A DNA stretch of 64,000 bases. It comes from Candidatus Omnitrophota bacterium. Lineage in GTDB: Bacteria > Omnitrophota > Gorgyraeia > Gygaellales > Profunditerraquicolaceae. Each line of letters begins with the position of its first letter. Positions within the stretch are counted from its first letter, which is position 1. The notes beneath the pieces were generated by a model. That model saw only the letters and a list, made by a program, of their open reading frames with translations. It was not told the origin of the DNA and did no database searches. The stretch spans positions 6,358-70,357 of the forward strand of contig JAPLLR010000016.1 of the NCBI GenBank assembly GCA_026387455.1, in the 5' to 3' direction. Both the position numbers and the translations under genes were made by a program. Shown here piece by piece: positions 63,615-64,000 of the stretch.

Positions 63615-64000
63615 ATGTCGATACGTTATTGCGCGATTGCGCCTATCCTAGTTCTTTTTTCGTGTATCCTGGGCTTGGCATTTAATGTTAATGCAAAGGA
63701 GATTACTATTCTTCTTAGCGGTGAAACGCATGCCATGCTTTATCCCTGTAGTTGCCCTAGAGAGCCGGACGGCGGGATTGCCCGCAGGGTGACGTTGCTT
63801 AAACAGCTTAAAAAGAAATATCCTGATTCTCTTATAGTGGATTCCGGAGCTTATTTTGCCGGAGGCATTGCTGATGAATATTCGCAGAACACTGACTTGG
63901 ATATGGAGCGCACACGCCTTAACCTTAAGGCTATGGAATTGGCAGGGTATGATGTCGTAGGCATAGGAGATGATGAGCTTAATTTCGGGGAGAAGTTCTT
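63615..64000 (+). CDS. exported UshA/5'-nucleotidase-like metallophosphoesterase domain protein (3' truncated by window)
   Basis: Own translation: signal peptide, GETHAMLYPCSCP, GGIARR, VDSG, MELAGYD; no stop before the window end. Confidence 0.7.
   Translation, partial: MSIRYCAIAPILVLFSCILGLAFNVNAKEITILLSGETHAMLYPCSCPREPDGGIARRVTLLKQLKKKYPDSLIVDSGAYFAGGIADEYSQNTDLDMERTRLNLKAMELAGYDVVGIGDDELNFGEKF

Noticed and set aside
63740-63760. Selenocysteine in the UshA-like CxC motif
   Set aside because: Both positions are Cys codons (TGT, TGC); there is no in-frame TGA.

Overview
Bacterial core-genome window, almost all on the + strand. Gene content and style resemble a PVC-superphylum organism such as Ca. 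Omnitrophota (inference, not verified). It carries gltD (partial), two csp genes, pyrG-carA-carB (N-terminal half only), lpxB, an msbA-like gene, rpsB-tsf-pyrH-frr, three tRNAs, PTS genes, metK-ahcY-pfkA-fba, ilvDBNC-leuA, a speD-speE-dehydrogenase-SET cassette, rfaE-kdsBADC-lptC/A-lptB, tig-clpP and serA. No transposase, integrase or CRISPR array was recognised. The main unexplained signal is intergenic. I count about 19 copies of a 42-45 nt two-hairpin element: a long stem with a conserved TATAGGA-like loop followed by a short stem. The stems diverge with compensatory changes. Copies occur in both orientations, often directly 5' of Shine-Dalgarno sequences, and insert into each other and into three other hairpin repeat families. 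Six copies are nested or in tandem in the metK-ahcY spacer alone. This looks like a REP-like system of ultra-short, non-autonomous mobile hairpins whose mobiliser lies outside the window.
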